A stretch of DNA of 64,000 nt from Trueperaceae bacterium (GCA_034521815.1 JAXHLW010000013.1:320001-384000), one strand, 5' to 3'; positions 1 through 15,420 are shown, numbered from the stretch's first letter. The notes: generated from the sequence alone by a model not told the origin. A program made the numbers and translations.

Positions 1-2
1 AG

Positions 3-1421
<1,419 letters not shown>

Positions 1422-1453
1422 GCGACACGCCCAGACCGTTCGAGAGGGAGCGC

Positions 1454-6040
<4,587 letters not shown>

Positions 6041-6053
6041 CCCCGACCATCGA

Positions 6054-6074
6054 CTCCCGCGTCGTTCGCGGGAG
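6054..6074 (+). terminator. GC hairpin after rpoC (possible terminator, no U-tract)
   Basis: CTCCCGCG-tcgtt-CGCGGGAG inverted repeat 14 nt after the rpoC stop. Confidence 0.45.
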
Positions 6075-6147
6075 GCGACAGCCACGAAGCAGCGGCCCGC
6101 CGGCGTTGTCCGGCGGGCCGCTCGCGTGCACGCGGTACGCTCCAGAG

Positions 6148-6576
6148 GTGTGCGCGGCGTTCCCAGGCGAGGTCAGCGAGACGGAGCCGACCCGTCGGCG
6201 CGTCGCCGCGTTCGATCCCGGGCGCAACGTCGGCTTCGCTCTCGTGGACGGGGGCGGACGTGCGCTGCGGCGGGCCGTGCTGACGCTGGCGGACGTGCCG
6301 ACCTGGCCACTCCCGGACGACTGCGAGGTGGTGATCGGGTCGGGCACCGGACGCGCCGATCTGCGTGCGGCGCTGATGGCACGAGGCCTGACGGTCCACG
6401 AAGTGGACGAGCGCGAGACGACGCTACGCGCGCGCGAGCTGTGGCGGAGGACGATCGCTCCGCGCGGCGGCCAGCGGCTGTTGCCGCCCGGCTTGAGGTC
6501 GCCGCCGCGTCCGATCGACGACTACGCGGCGTGGGCGATCGCGCTTCGCTACCTGGGAATCGTCTCCGAGGCGTGA
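6148..6576 (+). CDS. YqgF/RuvX-like RNase H-fold protein
   Basis: AFDPGRNVGFALVD, VDERETTLRARELW, PPRPIDDYAA motifs of the YqgF-like family. Leaderless GTG lies 6 nt after TACGCT. Confidence 0.7.
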   Translation: MCAAFPGEVSETEPTRRRVAAFDPGRNVGFALVDGGGRALRRAVLTLADVPTWPLPDDCEVVIGSGTGRADLRAALMARGLTVHEVDERETTLRARELWRRTIAPRGGQRLLPPGLRSPPRPIDDYAAWAIALRYLGIVSEA

Positions 6577-6590
6577 CCGCGAAGGTCGCG

Positions 6591-7097
6591 TCAGTTCAGG
6601 ACTTCGTCCTCGCTGACGTCCATCATCGCGCGTGCTTCGTCGGTGCTGATGTCCAGGACGGCGCTGATCTCGCCGGCCAGAAGACGGAGCGCACGCCGAT
6701 ACGCCTGGCGGTCCAAGTCGGGAAGGCCTCGCTCCAGATCCCAGCGACGAAGCTCGCTGGCGAGCGTCGCGATCTGGTACGGGTCGCCCGAGGTGAGGAT
6801 GTCCGTCACGCGGCGGTGACGTGCCGCCCACTGCTTGGGAAGGTTGATGCGACCGTTCGAGAGGCGCTCGAGGACGCTGTGGACCTCGTCTTCGGTCAGC
6901 GCCGCGCGAAGGCCGGCCTGCTGCGGCGCGCTCACCGGCACGTACGCCCGGGAGGTGCCGTTCGGGAAGTCGACCTGGTAGTACTGGTGATCGGCGCCCG
7001 CGACCGTCTTGGTCGTCGTGCCTGCGACGATGCCGACGCCGTAGGGCGGTAGCACCACTTGATCACCGTTCTTGAACGCCTTGCCGGAATTCTCCAC
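6591..7097 (-). CDS. carD: CarD family transcription factor (Thermus-type)
   Basis: GDQVVLPPYGVG, YYQVDFP, LPKQWAARHR with the conserved Trp; AAGGAG Shine-Dalgarno before GTG. Confidence 0.93.
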   Translation of the reverse strand: MENSGKAFKNGDQVVLPPYGVGIVAGTTTKTVAGADHQYYQVDFPNGTSRAYVPVSAPQQAGLRAALTEDEVHSVLERLSNGRINLPKQWAARHRRVTDILTSGDPYQIATLASELRRWDLERGLPDLDRQAYRRALRLLAGEISAVLDISTDEARAMMDVSEDEVLN

Positions 7098-7261
7098 GCG
7101 GGCTCCTTGTCAGGCTCGGACACGGTTCGTCCCGCCGGGCGGTCGGCGGGTCGGGTCCATCACCGAGGGATCTACCGAGAGTAGGGGGATCGAGCGTCGG
7201 GGGATGTGGCGCGCCGTGCCGGCTTTGAAGCTTGGTTGGCACGTCACCATGATCACGCGCA

Positions 7262-8203
7262 TCATTCTAGCAGATCGCGGCGCACGTCGGGCCGCCTGGG
7301 GGCACCCGAACGGGCAGCCACCGGCTCTCCGCGTCGACGATAGCGGACCACCAGCGCGACGCCGATCAGCAGGACGGGCGCACCGGCCAGCACGCCCGGT
7401 CCGGGAACCTCGGCGAACAGCAGCAACGCCAGCAGGCCCGCGCCGATCGGCTCCAGCAGCGTCACCGTCGCGACCAGGGTGGGATCGAGATGGCGGTTCG
7501 CCCAGTTCAGGCCGCCGTGCCCGATCAGCTGCGGCGCCAGCGCCATCGCGGCGATCCAGAGCCAGGTCTCGGCGGGCCACGCGACGTACGGGACGCCCAG
7601 GAGCGCGGGCAGCGGGAGCAGCACGACGGCGGCGGTGGCGTAGGCGACGCCGGCGTAGGCGGAGGTCGAGAGGCCGGCGCGCTGCGCACGGCGGCCCAGC
7701 AGGAAGTAGCCGGAGACCGACCAAGCGCCCAGGAGCGCCAGCGCATCGCCTAGCAGGGGAGCGCTCCCGCCGTGCAGATCGCCGAAGCCGATCGCGGCGC
7801 CCCCGGTCAGCGCCAGCGCCAGCCCGATCAGGACCCCACGGGTAGGCCGCGTTCCGCCGATCCACGCCAGCAACGCGACCCAGATCGGCACGGTCGTGAC
7901 CAGGGTGACGCTGGCGGCGACGGTCGTGTACGCCAGGGAGCTGAGCCAGGTCGCGAAGTGCACCCCTAGCAGCACCCCCGCGAACAGGGCGGGCCGAAGC
8001 GCCGCTGCGCTCGGCGGTGCGCGGCGAAGGCCGCGAAGGCCTGCCGGAGCGATCAGGAGCGTGGCGATCACCATGCGCCACAGCGCGACGACGCCGCCGG
8101 GCGCGTCCGCGAGCCGGGTGAAGATCGCCGCCATGCTGATCGCGAGCACGGCGGCGGAGAGGACCAGCGCGAGACGGCCCGCCGAAGGCGCGGAGGAAGG
8201 CAT
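7262..8203 (-). CDS. DMT/EamA family transporter
   Basis: About ten TM helices; HFATWLSSLAYTTVAAS, PQLIGH, LLEPIGA motifs; leaderless start. Confidence 0.9.
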   Translation of the reverse strand: MPSSAPSAGRLALVLSAAVLAISMAAIFTRLADAPGGVVALWRMVIATLLIAPAGLRGLRRAPPSAAALRPALFAGVLLGVHFATWLSSLAYTTVAASVTLVTTVPIWVALLAWIGGTRPTRGVLIGLALALTGGAAIGFGDLHGGSAPLLGDALALLGAWSVSGYFLLGRRAQRAGLSTSAYAGVAYATAAVVLLPLPALLGVPYVAWPAETWLWIAAMALAPQLIGHGGLNWANRHLDPTLVATVTLLEPIGAGLLALLLFAEVPGPGVLAGAPVLLIGVALVVRYRRRGEPVAARSGAPRRPDVRRDLLE

Positions 8204-8247
8204 GCCGGCAACTGTATCCTGCCGCCTCAGGGGTGCAGTGGGGTCGC

Positions 8248-8333
8248 TCAGCCGCGCAGCATCAGCCGCGCAGCATCAGCCGCGCAGCATCAGCGCCGCG
8301 CTCCGTCAGCCGCGCTCCATCAGCCGCGCAGCA
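8248..8333. repeat. 14-bp tandem repeat (TCAGCCGCGCAGCA, about 6 copies, two degenerate)
   Basis: Directly visible. The last unit is the final 14 nt (including stop) of the 8320..8766 gene. Confidence 0.9.
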
Positions 8334-8766
8334 GTCGCCAGGCGGCGATGGCCCAGCCCGTGATCAGCAGCACGCCGCCCAGCGGCGCCACCGCGCCGAA
8401 CGCGGACACGTCCAGCGCGACGATCAGGTACAAGCTGCCCGAGAACAGCACCGTTCCGGCCAGGAGCCAGGGGGCGGCCGCCCGCACGGGCCGAGGCAGC
8501 ACGGAGACGAGCAGCAGCGCCAGGGCGTGATGGGCCTGGTATCGGACCGCGGTGTCGAACGTCGCGAGGCGCGCTTCGCTCAGGAGCGGTTCCAGGGCGT
8601 GCGCTCCGAACGCGCCGAGCGCCACGGCCAGGCCCGCGAGCACGGCTCCTGTGGCTGCCCAGCGGCGGTCGTACGCGGCGCCGTCATACGCGGTGCCATC
8701 GTGCGCGGCGCCGTCGTGCGCGGCGCCGTCGGCACGAACGTCGCTGGAGCGCTCGCCACCGGTCAC
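8320..8766 (-). CDS. DUF423 (YgdD/TMEM256) membrane protein
   Basis: AVALGAFGAHAL, FDTAVRYQAHHAL, GTVLFSGSLY, APLGG. N-terminus carries a 15-bp DGAAH/DGAAY repeat. Confidence 0.9.
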   Translation of the reverse strand: MTGGERSSDVRADGAAHDGAAHDGTAYDGAAYDRRWAATGAVLAGLAVALGAFGAHALEPLLSEARLATFDTAVRYQAHHALALLLVSVLPRPVRAAAPWLLAGTVLFSGSLYLIVALDVSAFGAVAPLGGVLLITGWAIAAWRLLRG

Positions 8767-9518
8767 GACGACCGTCCTGCCGCTGTCGCCAGGTCGGTGG
8801 CCGGGCCGGTGGTCGGGCCGGCGCTCGTGGATGCGGGGCGCGGGTCCGTCGAGGGCTCGTCGGCCAGGCGGCCGTCCACGAGCCGAAGCCGAACGTGCGC
8901 GGCGGCGGCGACCTCCGGATCGTGCGTGACCACCACGACCGTACGCCCCTCGGCAGCGACCTCCTGCAGCGCGGCGACGACCTGCGCGCCCGACGACCGG
9001 TCCAGATTGCCGGTCGGCTCGTCGGCGAACACGACGTCCGGATCGTTCGCCAGCGCTCGCGCCAGCGCGACGCGCTGGCGCTCTCCGCCGGACAGGCGGC
9101 TCGGGAGCGCCGCCGCCCGGTGCGCGACGCCGAAGCGGTCTAGCAGCGCGATCGCCCGCGCCTCGCGGCGAGCACGGTCGACGCCGGCCAGTCCCATCGG
9201 AAACGCCACGTTGCTTCGGGCGGGCAGGACCGAGATCAGGTTCGATGCCTGGAACACGAACCCGAAGCGGTGCAGCCGGAGCTTCGCGAGCTCGCGTTCG
9301 GGGAGGGCGCCCAGAGGCTCGTCACCCAGCGTGACCTGGCCCGAGGTCGGTCGGTCGAATCCGGCGAGGAGGTTCAGGAGCGTCGACTTGCCCGATCCGG
9401 AGGGCCCCATCACGGCGGTGACGAGGCCCGACTCGAACAGGTGCGAGACGCCGCGCAGGGCCTCGACGTCTCCGGCGGGCGTGGCATAGGTCCTCACGAG
9501 GTCGACGGCGGCCAGCAT
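8763..9518 (-). CDS. ABC transporter ATP-binding protein (LolD/MacB-like)
   Basis: Walker A GPSGSGKST, LSGGERQRV, FADEPTGNLD, VTHD. ATG 9518 lies 7 nt after TACGAT. Confidence 0.92.
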   Translation of the reverse strand: MLAAVDLVRTYATPAGDVEALRGVSHLFESGLVTAVMGPSGSGKSTLLNLLAGFDRPTSGQVTLGDEPLGALPERELAKLRLHRFGFVFQASNLISVLPARSNVAFPMGLAGVDRARREARAIALLDRFGVAHRAAALPSRLSGGERQRVALARALANDPDVVFADEPTGNLDRSSGAQVVAALQEVAAEGRTVVVVTHDPEVAAAAHVRLRLVDGRLADEPSTDPRPASTSAGPTTGPATDLATAAGRSS

Positions 9519-9598
9519 GACCGCCATCGTACCCGTCTCGCGGGTCGCGTCCGCGTCCCGGCCCACGGACCGACGGCAGGACCGGTGGCGCGCCTGGC

Positions 9599-11665
9599 TC
9601 AGCGTCCGCCGCCGCCGCCGCCACCGCCGCCGCCCCCGCCACCGCTGGACGAGCCGCCGGACGATGCCGATGCGGAGGCCGAGGAGAGCGCGCTGGACAG
9701 CGAGGACGCCGACTTGGCGAACGACGCCAGGTCGGAGGCGTTCGCGGCCGAGGCGCCCATCCAGGCGGCCTGCCGCGTCATCGTCCGGCTGTCGAGCCCG
9801 TGCTCGGGCGCGGCGCGCTCCAGGGTCTTGAGGAACTTCGCGGCGACGCCGAGCGCGACCGCGTACGAGAAGTACTGGTCCCACAGGCCGAAGAAGTCGT
9901 TCGGCGCGTCCTTCATGATGGTGTAGTCGGTCAGGGTGCGCTTGAACCCTTTCCACCCGGCGACCTCGCGCGCGATCTCGGGACGCCAGGAGGGGAGGGC
10001 GGCGGCGGCGGTCATCAACGTCACGAAGCTCGCGACGGTGACGCCGACCGATGCCACGGTCGCCGGCCCGTCGGTGAGCCAGATCCACAGGAAGCCGGCC
10101 ACCGCCACGGCGAGCGACCTCACGATCCAGCGCTGCGAGACCTTGCGGCTCTCCTCGCTCACCAGCTGGCCGCCGCGGGCCTCCTCGACGGTCTTCCGCA
10201 CCTTCCTCGCCCAGCGCTTCACGAAATCCTGCTTGCGTTTTCCGTAGCGCTTGAGCTCGCCGAGCTCCATGCGTAGATCGTCGCCCCGGCGGTGCATCTT
10301 CGCCGCCGCGCGGAGGTGGCCCAGCGCTTCGGTCTCGTAGTCGCGCAGCGGATCGTCCGCGGCGATCCGATCCGCCTCGTCCTGAGGCGGCAGGATCACC
10401 TCGAAGCGCCGTCCCTCGCCCTCGAAGCGGATGTGACCGCGGCGTGCGAGCTCCATCAGCACCGCCGAGAACGCCGGACCCGCGCCCTGGGCGTTGTTGT
10501 GGGTCTGGTAGGGGAACACGGCCACCTGGGGCGGCGCCATGTCCGAGGGCGGCTCGAACGGGTACTGCATCGACTGGACGTCCGGCTCGCGGCCCACGCG
10601 GAGGTACGCCTGGAGCACGCTCCAGGCGAGCCAAAGCCAGGCGAGGACCAGCGGCAAGGCCGCCAGCGGGTGCCGGAGGATCCGTTCGATCAGACCGCGC
10701 CGCGTGACCGAGGCGGTCGCGGTTCCGATGGTGCCGTCCTCGGCGTAGGCGAGCACGTCGAACGTCGTGGTGCCGGTGCCGACCGATCCGAGCGGACAGC
10801 GGAAGGTGGTCGTCCCTTCGCATTCGACCGCCTGCCCGCCACGGGTGGTGAGCGTGACGCGCTCCACGGGTGCGTCGCCGGCCCGCGCCGAGCCACGTAC
10901 CTCGACGTCGCCACCCCCGACCTCGCCGGGACCAATGATGATGACCTTCGGCGCGCCGGGCACGCCGATGTTCGCGATCCTCGCCTCGTCCTGCAGGTAC
11001 GTCTCGAGACGTTGGCCGCTGCCCCTGAGCTCGAACAGGGAGGGCGGCATGAGGTAGCGGATCTCGACGCCCTCGCCGGCAGGAATCCGGTCGAACGCGA
11101 CCTCGAGCCGGTCGCGCTCCTCGCTCAGCTCGACGGTGGGCAGCTCGGCGTTGCCGAACCGATGGACGTACGCGTCGTAGGGCGCCTCCATCGGGCCGGG
11201 GGTGGTGACGGTGAGCTGGTAGCCCAACGCCGGCGGGTTCCCCTGGCCGTAGATCTGCCAGTACCACTGGACGACGTCGGCGTGCGCCTGAAGGGCGCCG
11301 TCCAGCCGGTACCGGAAGCGCACGCGCCGCTCCTCGACCCGGCTGTCCTGGGCGACGACGAGCTCCGTGCCGGCGGCTCCCGATTCGCAGCCCTGCTGGT
11401 AGGCGCGCGCGTCCGGTCCGGACGACACCGCGCCGCTGCCGTCGAGCAGCGTGATTCCGATCTCGGGACCGTGCTCGATGCACACGAACGCTTCGCCGAA
11501 GTCCTCGTCGGTCCATAGGGTACGTACGTCGTCGACGACGATCGAGCCGTCTGCGCGGATCTGGACGGTCTGCTCGACGTCGCGCCACTCGAAGCGCGCG
11601 TGCGCGGTCGCGACGACCAGCGCGACGCTCAACAGGACCAGGATTCGGGTGAGACGATGAGGCAC
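9599..11665 (-). CDS. DUF2207 membrane protein with an extra Ig-like segment
   Basis: Signal peptide, extracytoplasmic beta domain, TM helices, WKGFKRTL..LWDQYFSYAVALGV and a Ser/Gly-rich tail; AGGAGG SD. Confidence 0.85.
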   Translation of the reverse strand: MPHRLTRILVLLSVALVVATAHARFEWRDVEQTVQIRADGSIVVDDVRTLWTDEDFGEAFVCIEHGPEIGITLLDGSGAVSSGPDARAYQQGCESGAAGTELVVAQDSRVEERRVRFRYRLDGALQAHADVVQWYWQIYGQGNPPALGYQLTVTTPGPMEAPYDAYVHRFGNAELPTVELSEERDRLEVAFDRIPAGEGVEIRYLMPPSLFELRGSGQRLETYLQDEARIANIGVPGAPKVIIIGPGEVGGGDVEVRGSARAGDAPVERVTLTTRGGQAVECEGTTTFRCPLGSVGTGTTTFDVLAYAEDGTIGTATASVTRRGLIERILRHPLAALPLVLAWLWLAWSVLQAYLRVGREPDVQSMQYPFEPPSDMAPPQVAVFPYQTHNNAQGAGPAFSAVLMELARRGHIRFEGEGRRFEVILPPQDEADRIAADDPLRDYETEALGHLRAAAKMHRRGDDLRMELGELKRYGKRKQDFVKRWARKVRKTVEEARGGQLVSEESRKVSQRWIVRSLAVAVAGFLWIWLTDGPATVASVGVTVASFVTLMTAAAALPSWRPEIAREVAGWKGFKRTLTDYTIMKDAPNDFFGLWDQYFSYAVALGVAAKFLKTLERAAPEHGLDSRTMTRQAAWMGASAANASDLASFAKSASSLSSALSSASASASSGGSSSGGGGGGGGGGGGGR

Positions 11666-11730
11666 GGGTTCCTCCTAGCGGGACACGGTACTTGTCACGG
11701 CTGGGCGGGCGGCGGGACCTGAACGGATTC

Positions 11731-12888
11731 TCAGGTTCCCCACGATACGGCGTCGGCGATCTGGATGCGTGCTGCGCGCGCGGACGGAGCGAGTCCGGAG
11801 AGGACGCCCATCCCCAGCGCGACCAGCAGCGAGAACAGCACCAGGCGGGGGGTCACGGCGGCGACGTCCAAGCCGATCAGGTCGGTCGCGACGAGGTTCA
11901 CTCCCTGAGCGCCCAGCCAGCCCAGCGCCACGCCGACGGCGCCGCCGACGATCGACAGGAGCACGCTCTCGGTGAGGACCACCGCGAACAGGAAGCGGGG
12001 GCGCGCGCCCACCGCCCTCACCAGGCCGAACTCGCGGGTGCGCTCGAACACGCTCATCAGCACCGTGTTCGCGACGGCGATCGCTCCGACGATCAGGGCG
12101 ATGGCGCTGATGCCGAGCCGCACCACGTCGGTGATCCGGATGCCACGCTCGATCACCTCCAGCACGTCGCCGGCGGTCTGGACGCCCAGGTCGGGGAACC
12201 GCTCGCTCAGGGCTTCGGCCGCCTCCTGGGCTCGTCCGGGCTCGGCCAGGTCGACGACCAGGAAGCTGACGCGGTCGGTGGCGCCGATCGCCCGCTGGAG
12301 CGACGTGAGCGGCACGAGGATGCCGTTGGACAGCAGGCCACCGCCGGCATCGGCCAGGCCGACGATCTCGAACGACGACTCTGGATTCAGCCGAAGGGTG
12401 TCGCCGATCTCGAGCCGGTTCCGCTCGGCCGCCTGCCGTCCCACCACGGCGACCTGCCTCCCTGCGTCGCCAGGCCCAAGCCCGCGACCGGCGGCGACCT
12501 CGTAGCCGGGGTAGATCGTCTCGACCTCGACGTCGACCGGAATCCCCTGGAACGCGAACGAGGAGCTGGGCGTGAAGCCGCCGCGCAGGTAGAGGACCAG
12601 CGGGACGACGGAGACGACGCCGTACGGCTCGGCGGCTTCGCGGACCTCGGCGACGAGCTCGATCGGCAGCTCGGGCACCGATCCGAAGGCGGACGTCTCG
12701 AACGGTCCGTAGCTGATCTGCAGCTCAGCGCCGATCCCGCCGAGCTCCTCGGCGAACGCGCGGCGGAGCCCTTCGCCCAACGACAGGAACACCACCATCG
12801 AGCCCACGGCGATCGCGATGCCGGCCGCGGTGAGCACGGTGCGGAGCGGCCTATGCCGCAGCGCGTTCAGCGCGAGATCCCAGACCAT
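11731..12888 (-). CDS. ABC transporter permease (MacB/FtsX family)
   Basis: RTVLTAAGIAIAV, ANTVLMSVFERTREFGLVRAVGA, PSARAARI. Confidence 0.92.
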   Translation of the reverse strand: MVWDLALNALRHRPLRTVLTAAGIAIAVGSMVVFLSLGEGLRRAFAEELGGIGAELQISYGPFETSAFGSVPELPIELVAEVREAAEPYGVVSVVPLVLYLRGGFTPSSSFAFQGIPVDVEVETIYPGYEVAAGRGLGPGDAGRQVAVVGRQAAERNRLEIGDTLRLNPESSFEIVGLADAGGGLLSNGILVPLTSLQRAIGATDRVSFLVVDLAEPGRAQEAAEALSERFPDLGVQTAGDVLEVIERGIRITDVVRLGISAIALIVGAIAVANTVLMSVFERTREFGLVRAVGARPRFLFAVVLTESVLLSIVGGAVGVALGWLGAQGVNLVATDLIGLDVAAVTPRLVLFSLLVALGMGVLSGLAPSARAARIQIADAVSWGT

Positions 12889-12894
12889 CCCGGG

Positions 12895-14116
12895 TCAGGG
12901 AGCGGGGAACGCGCGTCCGGTGACGGCGCCGCCCGATCCCAGCGGATCGACCGGCTGGCCGTCCACGGTGATGTCCACGCCGCCGGCGTTCCCGAGGTGA
13001 ACGTAGACGGGCCGCTGGAACACGAAACGCTCGCCCGGCTGGGCCGTGGTGTAGACGAGCCGTTCACCCTCGCCGCGGCTGGTGCTCTGGTACGCCTCGA
13101 GCCAGCTGGCCTCGCGCACTTCGACCACGACGCCCTCGGCAGACGGCGGCGGGTCGTCGACCGACGCCGAGGTCGCTACGGGCTCCAGCGCCACGACGAT
13201 CGAGCGGTCCCGGGTCATGTCGACGGTCGCCTCGTAGGGAAGGTAGCCGTCGCGGACCACGCGGAGCGTGCGCTCGGCGCGAGCCGTGACGGGAACGTCG
13301 CTGATCGGCGTCGTCCCCGGCAACGGGAACGCGTCGACCGATACCTCCGCGCCGGGCGGATCGCTTTCGATGGTGAGCCGGATCTCGTCCGGCAGCGCAG
13401 CGCCGCCCGGCAGGGCGGGAGCCGCGAGGCCCGGCAGCTCCGCATCGGCCGAGGGGTCGCTCGTCGTCGGCGCGCCTTCGACGTCGGGCGTTCGCTCGGC
13501 GGCAGGGCGGTCGGGGCGGAACAGCAGCTGGTTGAAGCCCCACACCGCGGTGCCGACCAGCGCTCCGGCCAAGATCAGGGTCATGATCAGCGGCGCGACC
13601 TGTCGCGCCACCACCGCGCCCCGACCCGTCAGGCGCCATCGGTCGCGACGCGGCCCTTGGCGGACGCTCGGTTCGCGCTCCGCTGCGCTGGCCGGCGGCG
13701 GACGAACCGGAGGGCTCGGCTCCGGCCGTCGCTGCGTCCCTCGCAGCGCTGCTGTCGCCATTCGGCGCAGAAGCAGGGGCGGAGGCCGTCGCGGAGGCAT
13801 GCGCGGAGGCTCGCTGGCCCGCCTCGGTGCGGAACACGCCGGTGGACTTGGCGCGCGGTGCACGCAGGGCGCCGAAGCGTGCCAGCGCGTCGTCCGCGTC
13901 GACGCCGACGGTGCGCGCGTACAGGCGCAGGAAGTTCCGGGCGTACACGTCCTCGGGGAGCGCGTCGAGATCCTCGTCCTCGAGCGCTTGGAGGTAGGTC
14001 TTGCGCACGTGCGTGCGCTCGGAGATGGTGGCGAGGTCCAGGCCTGCCCGCTCGCGCGCGTCGCGCAGCAGGGCGCCCAGACCGTCGGGCGACGGGGCGT
14101 GGGGCTCGTGGGTCAT
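12895..14116 (-). CDS. RodZ-like protein (HTH - TM - PEGA - DUF4115) interrupted by a +1 frameshift
   Basis: N-terminal HTH (LGALLRDARE..YLQALEDEDL..VYARNFLRLYA) in one frame; TM, PEGA (TIESDPPGAEVSVD) and HLGNAGGVDITVDG in another. Span is 1222 nt = 3n+1. Confidence 0.85.
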
Positions 14117-15018
14117 GCGGGGACTCCGGTTTCCCGCGGGGCGAGCGCGAGGGCGATTCGTGCGGCCAGGACGGCGTTCTCGTGCAGGAGCCTAACGTTG
14201 ACCTCGACCGTCGCACCGTCCGACCGGCGCGCCAGGGCGTCCAGCAGGAACGGCGTCGCGTCCTTGCCGTGCACCCCTTCGGCCTCCGCGTCGCGGCGGG
14301 CCGCGTCGAGCCACGACCGTAGCCGGTCTGGATCCAGACCGCTGGAGACGGGGTTGCTGATCAGGATCGCGCGGTCCAGAGCGAGCGCGTCTTGGGCCCG
14401 CTTCACCGCAGCGACCTCGGACGGCTCGTTCACCCGGGCGGCGACGGGAAGGTCGGTCGTCGGGACGTGGAAGCCCGCCAGTCGGTCCGAGCGGTACCCC
14501 AGCACCGGGACGCCGGCGGACTCGAGCCGTTCCAGCGTCGCGGCGGCGTCGAGGATGCTCTTCGGACCGGCGCAGACGGTCACCAGCGGGGTGCGGGCGA
14601 GCGCGGCGAGGTCCGCGGACTCGTCGAACGGGGCGTCGTGGACGCCGCCGATGCCGCCGGTCGCGAACACCTCGATGCCGGCCCGGTGGGCGGCGTGAAG
14701 CGTGGTGGCGACGGTGGTGCCGGCGTCGCGACCGCTGGCGCAGAGCGCAGCGAGGTTCCAGAGCGACGCCTTGTCGGCGCCCCCTGCCGCCAGGCGCGTC
14801 AGCTCGTCCTCGTCCAGGCCGATCACCAGCTCGCCGGCGATCACGCCGATGGTGGCGGGCACGGCGCCGGCCGAGCGCACGGCGCGCTCCAGTCCGAGGG
14901 CGAGCTCCAGGTTGGCGGGACGCGGGAGACCGTGGGTCACGACGGTGGACTCGAGCGCGACCACGGCCGCGCCGGTCTCGAGCGCCCTGCGTACGTGCGG
15001 TGCGATGCGCGGCGTCAC
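14113..15018 (-). CDS. psuG: Pseudouridine-5'-phosphate glycosidase
   Basis: VVALESTVVTHGLP, GTTVATT, FATGGIGGVH, DESADL, GKDATPFLL. Confidence 0.93.
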   Translation of the reverse strand: MTPRIAPHVRRALETGAAVVALESTVVTHGLPRPANLELALGLERAVRSAGAVPATIGVIAGELVIGLDEDELTRLAAGGADKASLWNLAALCASGRDAGTTVATTLHAAHRAGIEVFATGGIGGVHDAPFDESADLAALARTPLVTVCAGPKSILDAAATLERLESAGVPVLGYRSDRLAGFHVPTTDLPVAARVNEPSEVAAVKRAQDALALDRAILISNPVSSGLDPDRLRSWLDAARRDAEAEGVHGKDATPFLLDALARRSDGATVEVNVRLLHENAVLAARIALALAPRETGVPA

Positions 15019-15090
15019 GGCGGCATGATAGCCCAGCCCGGCGCCGCCCTGGGCACGTGTCCGTGTTGCGGCGTGCTAGACTCGCCGGCC

Positions 15091-15420
15091 GTGAACGTGC
15101 CCGATCTCGGCACCCTGGTGCCGGTTCTCGAACAGCTCGGGTTCGGCCTCGTCGCCGGCTTCGTGGCGGGCTACGCCCTGAAGAAGCTCGGCAAGCTGGT
15201 GTCGCTGGCCGTGGGGCTTCTGTTCATCGCCTTGCAGCTGCTCGCCTGGTCGGGGTACGTGACGATCGAATGGGGACGCATGCAGCAGGACGTGGAGCCG
15301 ATGCTTCAGGCCTCGTCGTTGGACGAGGCGTGGAGGTCGCTCGTGGCGATCATGACGTACAACCTGCCGTTCGCCGCGGCGTTCGTACCGGGCTTCCTGA
15401 TGGGGCTTCGGCGCGGCTGA
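15091..15420 (+). CDS. FUN14 family membrane protein
   Basis: [47 protein letters not shown] follows an extended -10 (TGCTAGACT). Confidence 0.85.
   Translation: MNVPDLGTLVPVLEQLGFGLVAGFVAGYALKKLGKLVSLAVGLLFIALQLLAWSGYVTIEWGRMQQDVEPMLQASSLDEAWRSLVAIMTYNLPFAAAFVPGFLMGLRRG

Noticed and set aside
8248..8333. Repeat array as a possible mini-CRISPR
   Set aside because: Units are contiguous 14-mers with no spacers, and there are no cas genes in the window
9603..9665. GCC/CCG microsatellite-like run
   Set aside because: Encodes the normal Gly/Ser tail of DUF2207 proteins
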